DNA of 64,000 nt, taken from NCBI GenBank assembly GCA_049520075.1, contig JBEKQD010000002.1:34426-98425 (forward strand), read 5' to 3'. Made by a program: the position numbers and the translations under genes. A model generated the notes under the pieces. That model saw only the letters and a list, made by a program, of their open reading frames with translations, had not been told where the DNA came from and did no database searches. Source of the DNA: Terracidiphilus sp. GTDB lineage: Bacteria; Acidobacteriota; Terriglobia; Terriglobales; Acidobacteriaceae. Below, piece by piece: positions 36,497-45,109 of this stretch (positions within the stretch are counted from its first letter, which is position 1; every line of letters starts with the position of its first letter).

Positions 36497-37408
36497 ATGG
36501 AACTGCAAGAATTCAAGCTGTTCCGAACCCTGGTTCACGAGCGCACGGGAATTTGGTTGCGGGATGGCAAGCAGATCATGCTGGCTTCACGCCTGTCGCG
36601 GAGGCTGCGTCTTCACGGCCTGTCAAGCTTTGCCGATTATTACGCGTACGTCCAGAGAGTCCAGGACAACGGCAATGAATTACGTGAACTGATCAATTGC
36701 GTAACCACTAACAAGACGTCCTTCTTTCGCGAACGGCACCACTTCGAGTTTCTGGCCAACACGGTTGTGCCACAAATTAAGTCGGGATTTCGCTCGGACA
36801 CCTCCAGAAACATCCGTATATGGTGTGCCGCGAGCTCGACAGGCGAGGAACCCTACTCGATTGCAATTACCTTGCTTGAAGCTTTGCAACCGTCGCAAAG
36901 CACCAAAACCGCTATTCCTTCGCGGCCTGCGCCGGCGCGGATAGGACTTCCTAGACTCATCCAGTCGCCTGGTTCATGGAAGATTGAGGTTGTCGCGTCC
37001 GATATCGATACCAAGGTTCTGGAAACCGCTGTCCGCGCAATCTATCCCGAAGATTCTCTATCCACCGTCGATACAGCTTTGCAGAAGAAATACTTTCTCC
37101 GCGGAACAGACGACATGCGAGGATATGTGAAAGTCAAGCCTGATGTAGCACGGCTCGTCCAGTTCAAGCGCATCAATCTCATGGACGCTCGTTGGCCGCT
37201 CGAGGACCTTTTCGACGTTATCTTCTTTCGCAATGCGCTCATTTACTTCAATCAGGAAACACAGGACCTCTTTCTTCGCAAAATGGCGCGTTATCTGAAA
37301 CCGGGCGGTTATCTCTTCCTCGGAAACTCAGAACATATTCCTTGGTTGCACGAGATTCTTGCGCCACTGAATCAGACAATGTATCGATTGCGGGACGTGG
37401 AACCATGA
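36497..37408 (+). CDS. cheR: chemotaxis protein methyltransferase CheR
   Basis: EFKLFRTLVHERTGI (N-domain), IWCAASSTGEEPYSIAITL (SAM site), FFRNALIYF. Start at first ATG 36497; GTG/TTG alternatives lie upstream. A ~24-aa insertion follows the SAM motif. Confidence 0.9.
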   Translation: MELQEFKLFRTLVHERTGIWLRDGKQIMLASRLSRRLRLHGLSSFADYYAYVQRVQDNGNELRELINCVTTNKTSFFRERHHFEFLANTVVPQIKSGFRSDTSRNIRIWCAASSTGEEPYSIAITLLEALQPSQSTKTAIPSRPAPARIGLPRLIQSPGSWKIEVVASDIDTKVLETAVRAIYPEDSLSTVDTALQKKYFLRGTDDMRGYVKVKPDVARLVQFKRINLMDARWPLEDLFDVIFFRNALIYFNQETQDLFLRKMARYLKPGGYLFLGNSEHIPWLHEILAPLNQTMYRLRDVEP

Positions 37409-38067
37409 ACATTCTTATGGATCCGCGCCCTGGCCCCACGGCGCATTGCAGCGCTGTCCAAAACTTGCGGGTCAGGAGCGATCTCGCGCGAAAGAGGACG
37501 GTAGCGGCTTTACGCCGCGTGCCGCTGCACGGGCATCGGATAAGTCTCCACATCGGTGACGTTGCGGCGAGTCAGTCACCTGTTGTCTTAGGCACGCTGC
37601 TCGGATCCTGCGTTGCCGTATGTATGTACGACCCGGTGCTGCGTGCCGGCGGCATGAACCATATTCTGTTGCCAGGTTGTCCCGCAGGCGAAAAGAGTAC
37701 GCGGTGCGGAATCCACGCAATGGAGTTGCTCATCAACGAATTGATGAAGCTCGGAGGCGATCGAAGAAGATTCGTCGCGAAGGCATTCGGGGGAGCAAAC
37801 GTACTCCAAGGCATAAAGATGCCTCCCGTTGGAGATGGGAACGCACGGTTCGTGCGCGAGTTCCTTGCACTGGAAAAGATACCGCTTGTCGCCGAGAGGA
37901 TGGGTGGTACTCACGCAGTCCATTTGTACTTCCACACGGATACAGGGAAAGCTACGGTGCATACTGTCGATGGTTCGAGTCTGCCCAAAATCATCAACGC
38001 TGAAGCCTCTTGTCAGAAGTTCCCTCTCGCGGTAGGTACTTTTGGTGGCGAGATTACACTATTTTGA
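37405..38067 (+). CDS. cheD: chemoreceptor glutamine deamidase CheD
   Basis: VLGTLLGSCVAVCMYDP...GGMNHILLPG...AKAFGGANV are CheD catalytic-core motifs (Cys, His). ATGA overlap with the cheR stop. Confidence 0.85.
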   Translation: MNILMDPRPGPTAHCSAVQNLRVRSDLARKRTVAALRRVPLHGHRISLHIGDVAASQSPVVLGTLLGSCVAVCMYDPVLRAGGMNHILLPGCPAGEKSTRCGIHAMELLINELMKLGGDRRRFVAKAFGGANVLQGIKMPPVGDGNARFVREFLALEKIPLVAERMGGTHAVHLYFHTDTGKATVHTVDGSSLPKIINAEASCQKFPLAVGTFGGEITLF

Positions 38068-38150
38068 CGGGCGCGCAAGTGGAACGGCATCGGCACATTT
38101 CCGATCCGTTCTCTGAACCCCACTTTCGGCTGGCGTGAGGCAGCCAATGT

Positions 38151-39197
38151 ATGACGACTCCATATAAGGTGCTTATCGTAGATGATTCGGCGTTGATGCG
38201 CCAATTGCTCACAAAGATACTTAGCTCCGACCCTGAACTCGAAGTGATTGGAACGGCCAGCGATCCATTTGTCGCACGAGAGAAGATCATTGCATTGAAT
38301 CCGGATGTGTTGACCCTCGACATTGAGATGCCGCGCATGGACGGACTCACTTTTCTGGAGAAGCTGATGCGCGGCCATCCGATGCCCGTGATCATGATCT
38401 CATCGCTGACCGACAGGGGCGCGGACACGACACTCCGCGCACTTGGTTTGGGAGCGATCGACTACGTCTCCAAGCCCAAAGTGGATGTCTCAAACGGCAC
38501 AATCGAGCGAGCTGAAGAGATCGTGGCCAAGGTAAAGGCAGCCGCGAGAGCGAAAGTGCGGCGTCCCGGCGTGTCGCCGCTGCCGCCTGCGGCGATGGCG
38601 GGACGGACGTACCAGTTTTCGGCAACACATAAGATTATTGCCATCGGCGCTTCAACGGGCGGGACCGAAGCCCTTAAAGAGCTGTTGTCGCCGCTGCCCG
38701 CTGACTTTCCAGGAATCGTGATTGTGCAGCACATGCCTGAGACCTTTACCCGCCAGTTTGCCGAGCGCCTCGACTCACTCTGCAAGATTCGAGTGAAAGA
38801 GGCGCAGGACGGCGACCATATTCTCCCTGGTCACGCGCTTTTGGCCCCAGGCGGCCACCACATGGCAGTAGTTTGCAAGGGAGCAGAATATACTGTGCGT
38901 GTGTACCGGGGTGAACGTGTGAATCGACATCTACCTTCCGTGGATGTTCTGTTTTCCTCTTGCGCCCGGAACATGGGAAAGAACGCTCTTGGTGTGCTGT
39001 TGACGGGCATGGGCGCCGATGGCGCGCGCGGCATGTTGGAAATGAAACAGGCTGCATCCTTCACGATCGCGCAGGACGAGTCAACATGCGTGGTCTTCGG
39101 AATGCCGCGTGAAGCCATCCTGCTCAACGCCGTCGACCAGGTGCTTCCCCTCGATCAGATCCCATTAGTGCTTATGCAAAAGCTCTCTCGAGGCTAG
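38151..39197 (+). CDS. cheB: protein-glutamate methylesterase/response regulator CheB
   Basis: REC domain (VLIVDDS, DVLTLDIEMPRMDG) plus esterase domain (IGASTGG, IVQHMP, GMGADG). Confidence 0.95.
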   Translation: MTTPYKVLIVDDSALMRQLLTKILSSDPELEVIGTASDPFVAREKIIALNPDVLTLDIEMPRMDGLTFLEKLMRGHPMPVIMISSLTDRGADTTLRALGLGAIDYVSKPKVDVSNGTIERAEEIVAKVKAAARAKVRRPGVSPLPPAAMAGRTYQFSATHKIIAIGASTGGTEALKELLSPLPADFPGIVIVQHMPETFTRQFAERLDSLCKIRVKEAQDGDHILPGHALLAPGGHHMAVVCKGAEYTVRVYRGERVNRHLPSVDVLFSSCARNMGKNALGVLLTGMGADGARGMLEMKQAASFTIAQDESTCVVFGMPREAILLNAVDQVLPLDQIPLVLMQKLSRG

Positions 39198-39257
39198 TCC
39201 CTCTTAGCGCTGGCAACACACCGGGACTCCAGTTGAACCCCGCCAGTGATCATTTGC

Positions 39258-39285
39258 TGCATAGTATGCACCGATATGCCGATAG
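39258..39285 (+). promoter_or_regulatory. sigma-28-like promoter candidate S3 (good -10, weak -35), upstream of the tandem-PilZ gene
   Basis: tGCATAGT-N12-GCCGATAG; -10 box at 39278-39285, 169 nt before ATG 39454. Confidence 0.35.
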
Positions 39286-39453
39286 TTCCCATGCCAACAT
39301 CAGATGCAGGCAGGTGATTGGCCTCTGAAAGCCGGCCTCTTGGTTGGAACTGCAGTTGCGGACTGCTGGCGGGTTGATGTCCGGCCTCGGAGTTGATTCA
39401 AATTACGTTCGCCGAGTTCGCAACGAAGGATATACCTGACGAGGTAGCAGAAA

Positions 39454-40158
39454 ATGGCAGAGCAACGGCGGCGAAACCCTCGTTTTGAATGCGAAGGTGC
39501 TGCCGGCGTTCAATTGGGCGCCGACGGAATTCCCTGCCTTGCTAGAATCGCGAATCTGAGTGCGGAAGGGTGCCTGATTGAATTTTGGGAGCCGCAGCAC
39601 CTCTCGCAAGACGCGATTGTGGAACTTACCTTTAAAGTTGACAATCTGAAGCTTAGAGTCTTGGGACAGGTAAGAGCGATTCGATCGGATCACCAGATTG
39701 GATTTCAGTTCCCTCTCCTGAGTGACAGAGCACGAGGACGTATTGAGGATCTGATCACGCAGCTGATCGAGGACTTTCTAATAAGAGGATCATCGAAAGA
39801 CGCCCTGGAGAAACGACGCCACACCCGAATTCTGTGCACAGGCAGCGCGGGGATCCAAATGCATGAAGGTGAGGCGTTTCACCCTGCCAGGATCGCGAAC
39901 CTGAGTGCGGAAGGGTGCCTGATTGAATTTGAGGAGCCGCAGCGCCTATCACAAGACGCAATGGTGGAGCTTACCTTTCAAATCAATAACTTGCCCTTTC
40001 AAGTGCGCGGCCAGGTAAAGGGAATTCGATCGGATACTAGAATAGGCTTCCAATTCCCGCTGATAAGTAAGAAAGTACAGAGGCAGCTTGAAGACCTCAT
40101 CGACGAACTCATTGATAACATTGTAAAGCGATTTGCACAACGCAAAGAAATCACCTGA
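39454..40158 (+). CDS. tandem PilZ-domain protein (putative c-di-GMP receptor)
   Basis: Two PilZ units, each with RxxxR (RRNPR; RRHTR) and N-x-S-x-x-G (NLSAEG twice). The units are an in-frame 345-nt duplication with an identical 30-mer at 39556-39585 and 39901-39930. Confidence 0.8.
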   Translation: MAEQRRRNPRFECEGAAGVQLGADGIPCLARIANLSAEGCLIEFWEPQHLSQDAIVELTFKVDNLKLRVLGQVRAIRSDHQIGFQFPLLSDRARGRIEDLITQLIEDFLIRGSSKDALEKRRHTRILCTGSAGIQMHEGEAFHPARIANLSAEGCLIEFEEPQRLSQDAMVELTFQINNLPFQVRGQVKGIRSDTRIGFQFPLISKKVQRQLEDLIDELIDNIVKRFAQRKEIT

Positions 40159-40482
40159 ACCAACCGGACAAGATTGTCTGACTTGTGATCATCACAGTGA
40201 CTTCCGCGGGAACTCCGATGCGTAAGGGGCCTTATTAAAGACAGTATTCGAACTCTTGGATTCAATCACTTAGCCTTCTTTTCCGGTCCCGCTCTTTAAG
40301 TGCGAAGCCCTTTCTGCATTCTCCGCTTCATCCGATATGCCCACATCTGAGGCTCGATCGATCCGCACGGGCGGCAAAGCCACGTGCCATTCGCGTAATC
40401 CCCCTGGTTTCAATGAGAAACACACTACTTGTGGGTAACCACGCCCGGTTCCAAACAAAGCATGGCCTTTCTCGACTTCCGT

Positions 40483-40510
40483 TGGACGAGCTATCGCGTT
40501 CTGCCGATAG
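40483..40510 (+). promoter_or_regulatory. sigma-28-like promoter candidate S2, upstream of motAB
   Basis: tGGACGAG-N12-GCCGATAG, differing from S1 at one position of the upstream box. Ends 101 nt before motA ATG 40611. Confidence 0.55.
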
Positions 40511-40610
40511 AAGGGGAGCAAGTTTCTTACTCATTTCAGGTTCCTCCGCTGCTTCACAGTCTCTTTGGCTTGGCGGAAGGCGTCGATCAGGCGAGGAGGT
40601 GGAATACGGA

Positions 40611-41495
40611 ATGACATCAATTGGCGGGATTATTCTTGTATTCGCCTGTGTTGTCGTGGGCTACTTGATGGAAAAGGGCAAGATTGCCGTCCTTCTCCAG
40701 CCAGCTGAACTACTGATCATCCTCGGCGCTGCGATGGGTACCGTATTGACGGCCAATCCCATTCACATTCTGAAGAAGATCATCTCAGGCCTGATGGGTG
40801 TGCTCAAGGGGTCTCCATTCACCCAAAAAAGGTACTTGGAGACTTTGAAAATGATGTTCGACCTCTTGGCTAGGTCCCGCAAAGAGGGCGCGATTGCCAT
40901 TGAAGGCGATATTGAAGATCCGGATAAGAGCCCGATTTTCTCAAGGTATCCGCAGTTCCTTGCAGATCATCACGCTCGCGATTTCGTCTGTGACACGATG
41001 CGCATGGCAATCACAGGCGGTGTGAGTGCATTCGACATTGACCAGATGATGGAGCTTGATATGGAAGTTCATCACCACTCAGCGAGCCAACCGAACCAGG
41101 CTTTGACGACAATGGCGGATGCTCTGCCCGGATTAGGAATTGTGGCCGCGGTTCTCGGTGTGGTGGTGACGATGGGCTCGCTCGGTGGTCCACCAGAGGA
41201 AATTGGCGCCCACGTTGCTGCTGCCCTGGTCGGCACCTTCCTCGGAATTCTGCTGTGCTATGGGCTGGTCGGACCTTTGGCCTCGTTTATGTCGAAGATC
41301 GTGGACGAAGAGCAAAATTACTACCATGTGCTCCGCGTGCTCATGCTCGCCTCTATTAAAGGCACAGCTCCCATTATGGCGGTTGAAATGGGTCGCCGTG
41401 CAATCCCCGAACACTCTCGCCCGAGCTTTATTGAAGTTGAGAAGGCATGCAGAGAGAAAGCAGGAGAGCCTCAGGCTGTACCCGAAGCCGCATAG
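40611..41495 (+). CDS. motA: flagellar stator protein MotA
   Basis: 294 aa from ATG 40611 (AGGAGG upstream): MTSIGGIILVFACVVVGYLMEKG, four TM segments, and the C-terminal ALVGTFLGILLCYG region typical of MotA/TolQ/ExbB. Confidence 0.9.
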   Translation: MTSIGGIILVFACVVVGYLMEKGKIAVLLQPAELLIILGAAMGTVLTANPIHILKKIISGLMGVLKGSPFTQKRYLETLKMMFDLLARSRKEGAIAIEGDIEDPDKSPIFSRYPQFLADHHARDFVCDTMRMAITGGVSAFDIDQMMELDMEVHHHSASQPNQALTTMADALPGLGIVAAVLGVVVTMGSLGGPPEEIGAHVAAALVGTFLGILLCYGLVGPLASFMSKIVDEEQNYYHVLRVLMLASIKGTAPIMAVEMGRRAIPEHSRPSFIEVEKACREKAGEPQAVPEAA

Positions 41496-41507
41496 GTTCG
41501 TGAAGCT

Positions 41508-42281
41508 ATGGGAAGTGACGATCAAATCATCATTGTCAGGAAGAAGAGCGGCCACGCTGGCCACCACGGCGGAGCCTGGAAGGTGGCCTATGCCGACTTT
41601 GTCACCGCGATGATGTCACTCTTTATTGTGTTATGGCTGATGAACAGCAGCAAACCCATACAAACGGCCGTAGGTGGGTATTTTCGTGACCCGAATGGCA
41701 CTGCTCAAAAGACAGGAACGACGCTCGGTGGGGCCGGCGATGCCGCGGCGGTCAAGAAAGAAGACATGTCAAAGTTGAAAGACGACCTGATGAAGTCGAT
41801 GGCAAAGATGAAAGACTTCGAAAAGCTCAAGAAGTTAATTGAAATGACAGTCACTCCAGAAGGTCTGCAGATTGAGTTGATGGAAGATCCTCAAGGAACC
41901 TTCTTCGAGATGGGGAGCGCAGAACCGACCCCCGTACTAAAGAACGTGCTGACCATCCTCGCTCCCGAAGTGGCCAAGCTGCCCAATCTGATGTTGATTG
42001 AAGGTCACACAGATTCCAAGCCGTATCCCGGCACGTCGGCCTACGGCAACTGGGAGCTATCGTCAGACCGCGCGAATACAGCCAGACGCCTGATGGAGAG
42101 TAAGGGCGTTCAACCAACCCAAGTGGCGCAAGTGCGCGGTTATGCCGATCGAAAATTGCGCAAGCCCAAGCAGCCAGAGGATGCCTCGAACCGAAGGATC
42201 ACGGTGATTATCCAATACCTTGTCAATCCTGCTGATCAGGCTGTGGCTGTCAGCAAAGGCACTCTGCCACCAATCAAATAG
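41508..42281 (+). CDS. motB: flagellar stator protein MotB
   Basis: HGGAWKVAYADFVTAMMSLFIVLWL (TM with the conserved Asp) and an OmpA-like C-terminal domain (IEGHTDS...NWELSSDRA...NRRI). Confidence 0.9.
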   Translation: MGSDDQIIIVRKKSGHAGHHGGAWKVAYADFVTAMMSLFIVLWLMNSSKPIQTAVGGYFRDPNGTAQKTGTTLGGAGDAAAVKKEDMSKLKDDLMKSMAKMKDFEKLKKLIEMTVTPEGLQIELMEDPQGTFFEMGSAEPTPVLKNVLTILAPEVAKLPNLMLIEGHTDSKPYPGTSAYGNWELSSDRANTARRLMESKGVQPTQVAQVRGYADRKLRKPKQPEDASNRRITVIIQYLVNPADQAVAVSKGTLPPIK

Positions 42282-42417
42282 CATTGCCGGCTTCATGGCG
42301 TTCGGCGAGGAGCCGGGGACGATTGCAATGGAGCCAAACACAAGAACACGGCGTCTCGTCAATTGTTCATTCCTTCTCGATTGATCGCAGTTCCAAGTTG
42401 GCAGTTCTAGATCTCGT

Positions 42418-42445
42418 CGAAAAGTCTGAACCTTTCTGCCGATAA
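42418..42445 (+). promoter_or_regulatory. sigma-28-like promoter candidate S4, upstream of PAS-GGDEF-EAL
   Basis: cGAAAAGT-N12-GCCGATAA. The -10 box is a perfect match to the enterobacterial FliA consensus GCCGATAA and ends 28 nt before GTG 42473. Confidence 0.5.
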
Positions 42446-42472
42446 GGCCAATGTGCACGATCTCCGATCGAG

Positions 42473-44236
42473 GTGAATGTGGGCTCGATAAATGACACTC
42501 TTGGGTCTGCGGGCCTGGATAGGGCCGTGGAGCAAGCCGCCGACGGCATCGTGATCACTGACACCGCGGGTACAATCCTGTTCGTAAACCCCGCATTTAC
42601 TTTGATGTCGGGATACTCAAGCCTTGAGGCAGTGGGGCAATGTCCTCGGCTCTTGAAGTCAGGACGCCAACCGCTGGAGTACTACGAAGGGCTGTGGGGG
42701 ACTGTCCAATCCGGGAAGGTCTGGCAAGGCGAGTTAATCAACCGGCGCAAAGACGGCACTCTTTACAACCAGGAAATGCGAATTGCGCCTGTCCGCGATG
42801 CGGGTGGCAAAACCACCGGCTACATCGCCATCATGCGGGATGTGACCGAGCGTATTCAGAACATGCAGGCTTTGGCCCTCTCAAACGCCAAGGTTGCTGA
42901 GCAAGAGCTCAATAAGCTCGCATTCTACGACCCGTTAACAGGTCTGCCTAACCGCCGCCTGCTGCTCGATCGCTTGGAAAAGTCCACGGTACAGAGTGCA
43001 CAGAAAGACCACAAACGAGCGCTCTTGGTCATCGACCTGGATGACTTTATGACGTTGAACGACACGCTCGGCCATGAAACAGGCGACTTGATGCTTCAAG
43101 AGATCGCCTCTCGTCTAACAAAGTGCCTCCGCGAAGGTGACACTGTGGCACGACAAGATGGGGATGAGTTTGTCGTGCTGCTCGAAGACTTGAGTGAAAC
43201 TCTCGAAGATGCCTCAACTCAGGCCAAAGGAGTCGCCGAGAAGCTACTAACAATAGTTAGCCAACCGTATTGCCTCAACGCCCAGGAATGCCGCATCACT
43301 TCTTGCATCGGAATCGCCGTGTTCGGAAATAGTCAGGAAAGTGCAAGAGAGGCGTTACAACAAGCGGACATTGCCATGTACTACGCAAAAACGACAGGAC
43401 GCAACTCGTCGCATTTGTTTGCCCCGGCCATGCAGGCTGCTGTAAAAGCCCGAGCGTCGATGGAAAATGATCTTCATCTCGCAATTAGAGGGCACCAGTT
43501 CTTGCTTTACTATCAGGCTCAAATGGAACGCGGTCTTCTGGTCGGCGCTGAAGTGCTGTTGCGCTGGAAGCATCCGAAGCGAGGGCTTGTGCTGCCTGAC
43601 GAATTCATTCCAATCGCGGAAGAATCGGGCCTGATCGTACCTCTCGGAAACTGGGTGCTTGAGACCGCGTGTAGGCAGATTGCGGCTTGGGCAAACCAGA
43701 AGGAAATGGCCTCGATTTCGGTCGCCGTGAATATTAGCGCCTACCAGTTCCGTCAGCGGAACTTCGTGGCTCAAGTTTTGTCGGCTCTGAGTAAATCAGG
43801 AGCCAATCCGCGCAACCTGAAGCTGGAACTCACCGAGAGTATCTTGGTCCATGACGTAGAGGACGTTATCGCCAAGATGACGATTCTTAAGTCCCATGGC
43901 GTGAGATTTTCGGTAGACGATTTCGGCACAGGCTATTCATCGCTCACTTACCTGAAACGCCTGCCATTGGATCAACTGAAAATCGACCGATCGTTCATCC
44001 GTGATATCTTGATCGACGGTGGCAGCGGGGCCATTGCCCAAAGCATCATTTCCTTGAGCGAGGCAATGGGCTTCTCGGTAATCGCCGAAGGCGTGGAAAC
44101 TGAAGAGCAACGGCAATCTCTTACTCGAATGGGCTGTCATTCGTTTCAAGGCTACTTATTTAGTCGTCCGATACCGCTGGAAGATTTCCAATTGCTGCGA
44201 GCAAGCCTGGCTTCCATTCCACTCCAAAAGCCTTGA
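42473..44236 (+). CDS. PAS - GGDEF(degenerate, DGDEF) - EAL protein, probable c-di-GMP phosphodiesterase
   Basis: PAS (GIVITDTAGTILFVNPAF). GGDEF domain with A-site RQDGDEF but intact I-site REGD. EAL domain with EVLLRW, ELTES, DDFGTGYSSL, KIDRSF, AEGVET and QGYLFSRP. Confidence 0.85.
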   Translation: MNVGSINDTLGSAGLDRAVEQAADGIVITDTAGTILFVNPAFTLMSGYSSLEAVGQCPRLLKSGRQPLEYYEGLWGTVQSGKVWQGELINRRKDGTLYNQEMRIAPVRDAGGKTTGYIAIMRDVTERIQNMQALALSNAKVAEQELNKLAFYDPLTGLPNRRLLLDRLEKSTVQSAQKDHKRALLVIDLDDFMTLNDTLGHETGDLMLQEIASRLTKCLREGDTVARQDGDEFVVLLEDLSETLEDASTQAKGVAEKLLTIVSQPYCLNAQECRITSCIGIAVFGNSQESAREALQQADIAMYYAKTTGRNSSHLFAPAMQAAVKARASMENDLHLAIRGHQFLLYYQAQMERGLLVGAEVLLRWKHPKRGLVLPDEFIPIAEESGLIVPLGNWVLETACRQIAAWANQKEMASISVAVNISAYQFRQRNFVAQVLSALSKSGANPRNLKLELTESILVHDVEDVIAKMTILKSHGVRFSVDDFGTGYSSLTYLKRLPLDQLKIDRSFIRDILIDGGSGAIAQSIISLSEAMGFSVIAEGVETEEQRQSLTRMGCHSFQGYLFSRPIPLEDFQLLRASLASIPLQKP

Positions 44237-44384
44237 CCGGTCTGACGATACTCGTGACGATCTTGAAGAAGTGCTACGGACCCGGTATGCGGGTCAAGGC
44301 GAAGTAGTTCAGGCGTCACCAGATTAAGGCCGAGGCAGAAATGTCAATGTGCGATATGCGTCGCGGACCCGGAGACTCCAATCC

Positions 44385-44732
44385 CTACTTCGACCAGCTC
44401 ACGACGTCCTCATTCGCGATTGCGGCAATAAGGCGGGCAACCAATGCGCTTTCTGAGGGTGTTCTAAAAAGGAAGACCAGCCCTACTTGACTTTTCTCGA
44501 CATAGGCGACATGAGCTTCCAGATTAAGCACGCCCGATGGATGGCGGAGAATGAGTTCTCCAGAGGTGCCAATGGTCACCGAGCCATCGAATTCGGCGCG
44601 AACACCCGTACCACCAAGGTCTCTGCATACCCCGTGCACCGTCTCCTCTCCCGCAACAAAGGTGACGTCAAAACCCGCTTTCATGCGGCAGGGTCGGAAC
44701 TCAAACTTCCGCACACTCTCTAAGTCACTCAT
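44385..44732 (-). CDS. PilZ-like domain protein with degenerate motifs
   Basis: 115 aa from ATG 44732. VRKFEFRPCR and CRDLGGTG occupy the RxxxR / DxSxxG positions but deviate from them; beta-barrel-like remainder. Weak call. Confidence 0.4.
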   Translation of the reverse strand: MSDLESVRKFEFRPCRMKAGFDVTFVAGEETVHGVCRDLGGTGVRAEFDGSVTIGTSGELILRHPSGVLNLEAHVAYVEKSQVGLVFLFRTPSESALVARLIAAIANEDVVSWSK

Positions 44733-44794
44733 TCTGCAAGGTCCCTTCGGTGCCGGATGCCAGATGAACATGCCGGCTACACTGATCTTCATAT

Positions 44795-44822
44795 CTATCG
44801 GTCTTAAGTCGATAGAGTTTCA
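44795..44822 (-). promoter_or_regulatory. sigma-28-like promoter candidate S5, upstream of the PilZ-like gene
   Basis: Minus strand reads tGAAACTC-N12-ACCGATAG. The -10 box (44802-44795) ends 63 nt before ATG 44732. Confidence 0.4.
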
Positions 44823-45109
44823 GCATTATTCAAGAGTATCGCCATCAAAAGGCTGAATGCAGCCTCCGCTCTCGGCTCAGTCTTGTGCTCTCCTTGTTAA
44901 GTCTACTGTGTGCAGTACTTAAGCCGAGTCTGTCCGTAACACTGTCGCTAATATAATCTTAATGATACAATCTATATGAACGCTGGGGACAGAAAGACCG
45001 CAAGGTGCCGCTGACGTGGTGCTCTGCGGTTTACCTTTGCCCCGCGCTTGACAATTTCTATTACCTAATTTACGGATGGCATTGTTGTGTTCTTTTTGGG
45101 GGCTATCAA

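Noticed and set aside
44952-44957. Perfect TATAAT hexamer upstream of the OmpR-type regulator gene
   Set aside because: No convincing -35 at 16-18 nt (tctgtc), and the region is generally AT-rich. A second candidate (TTGACA 45048-45053 with TACGGA 17 nt later) has a poor -10. Neither is reported as a feature.
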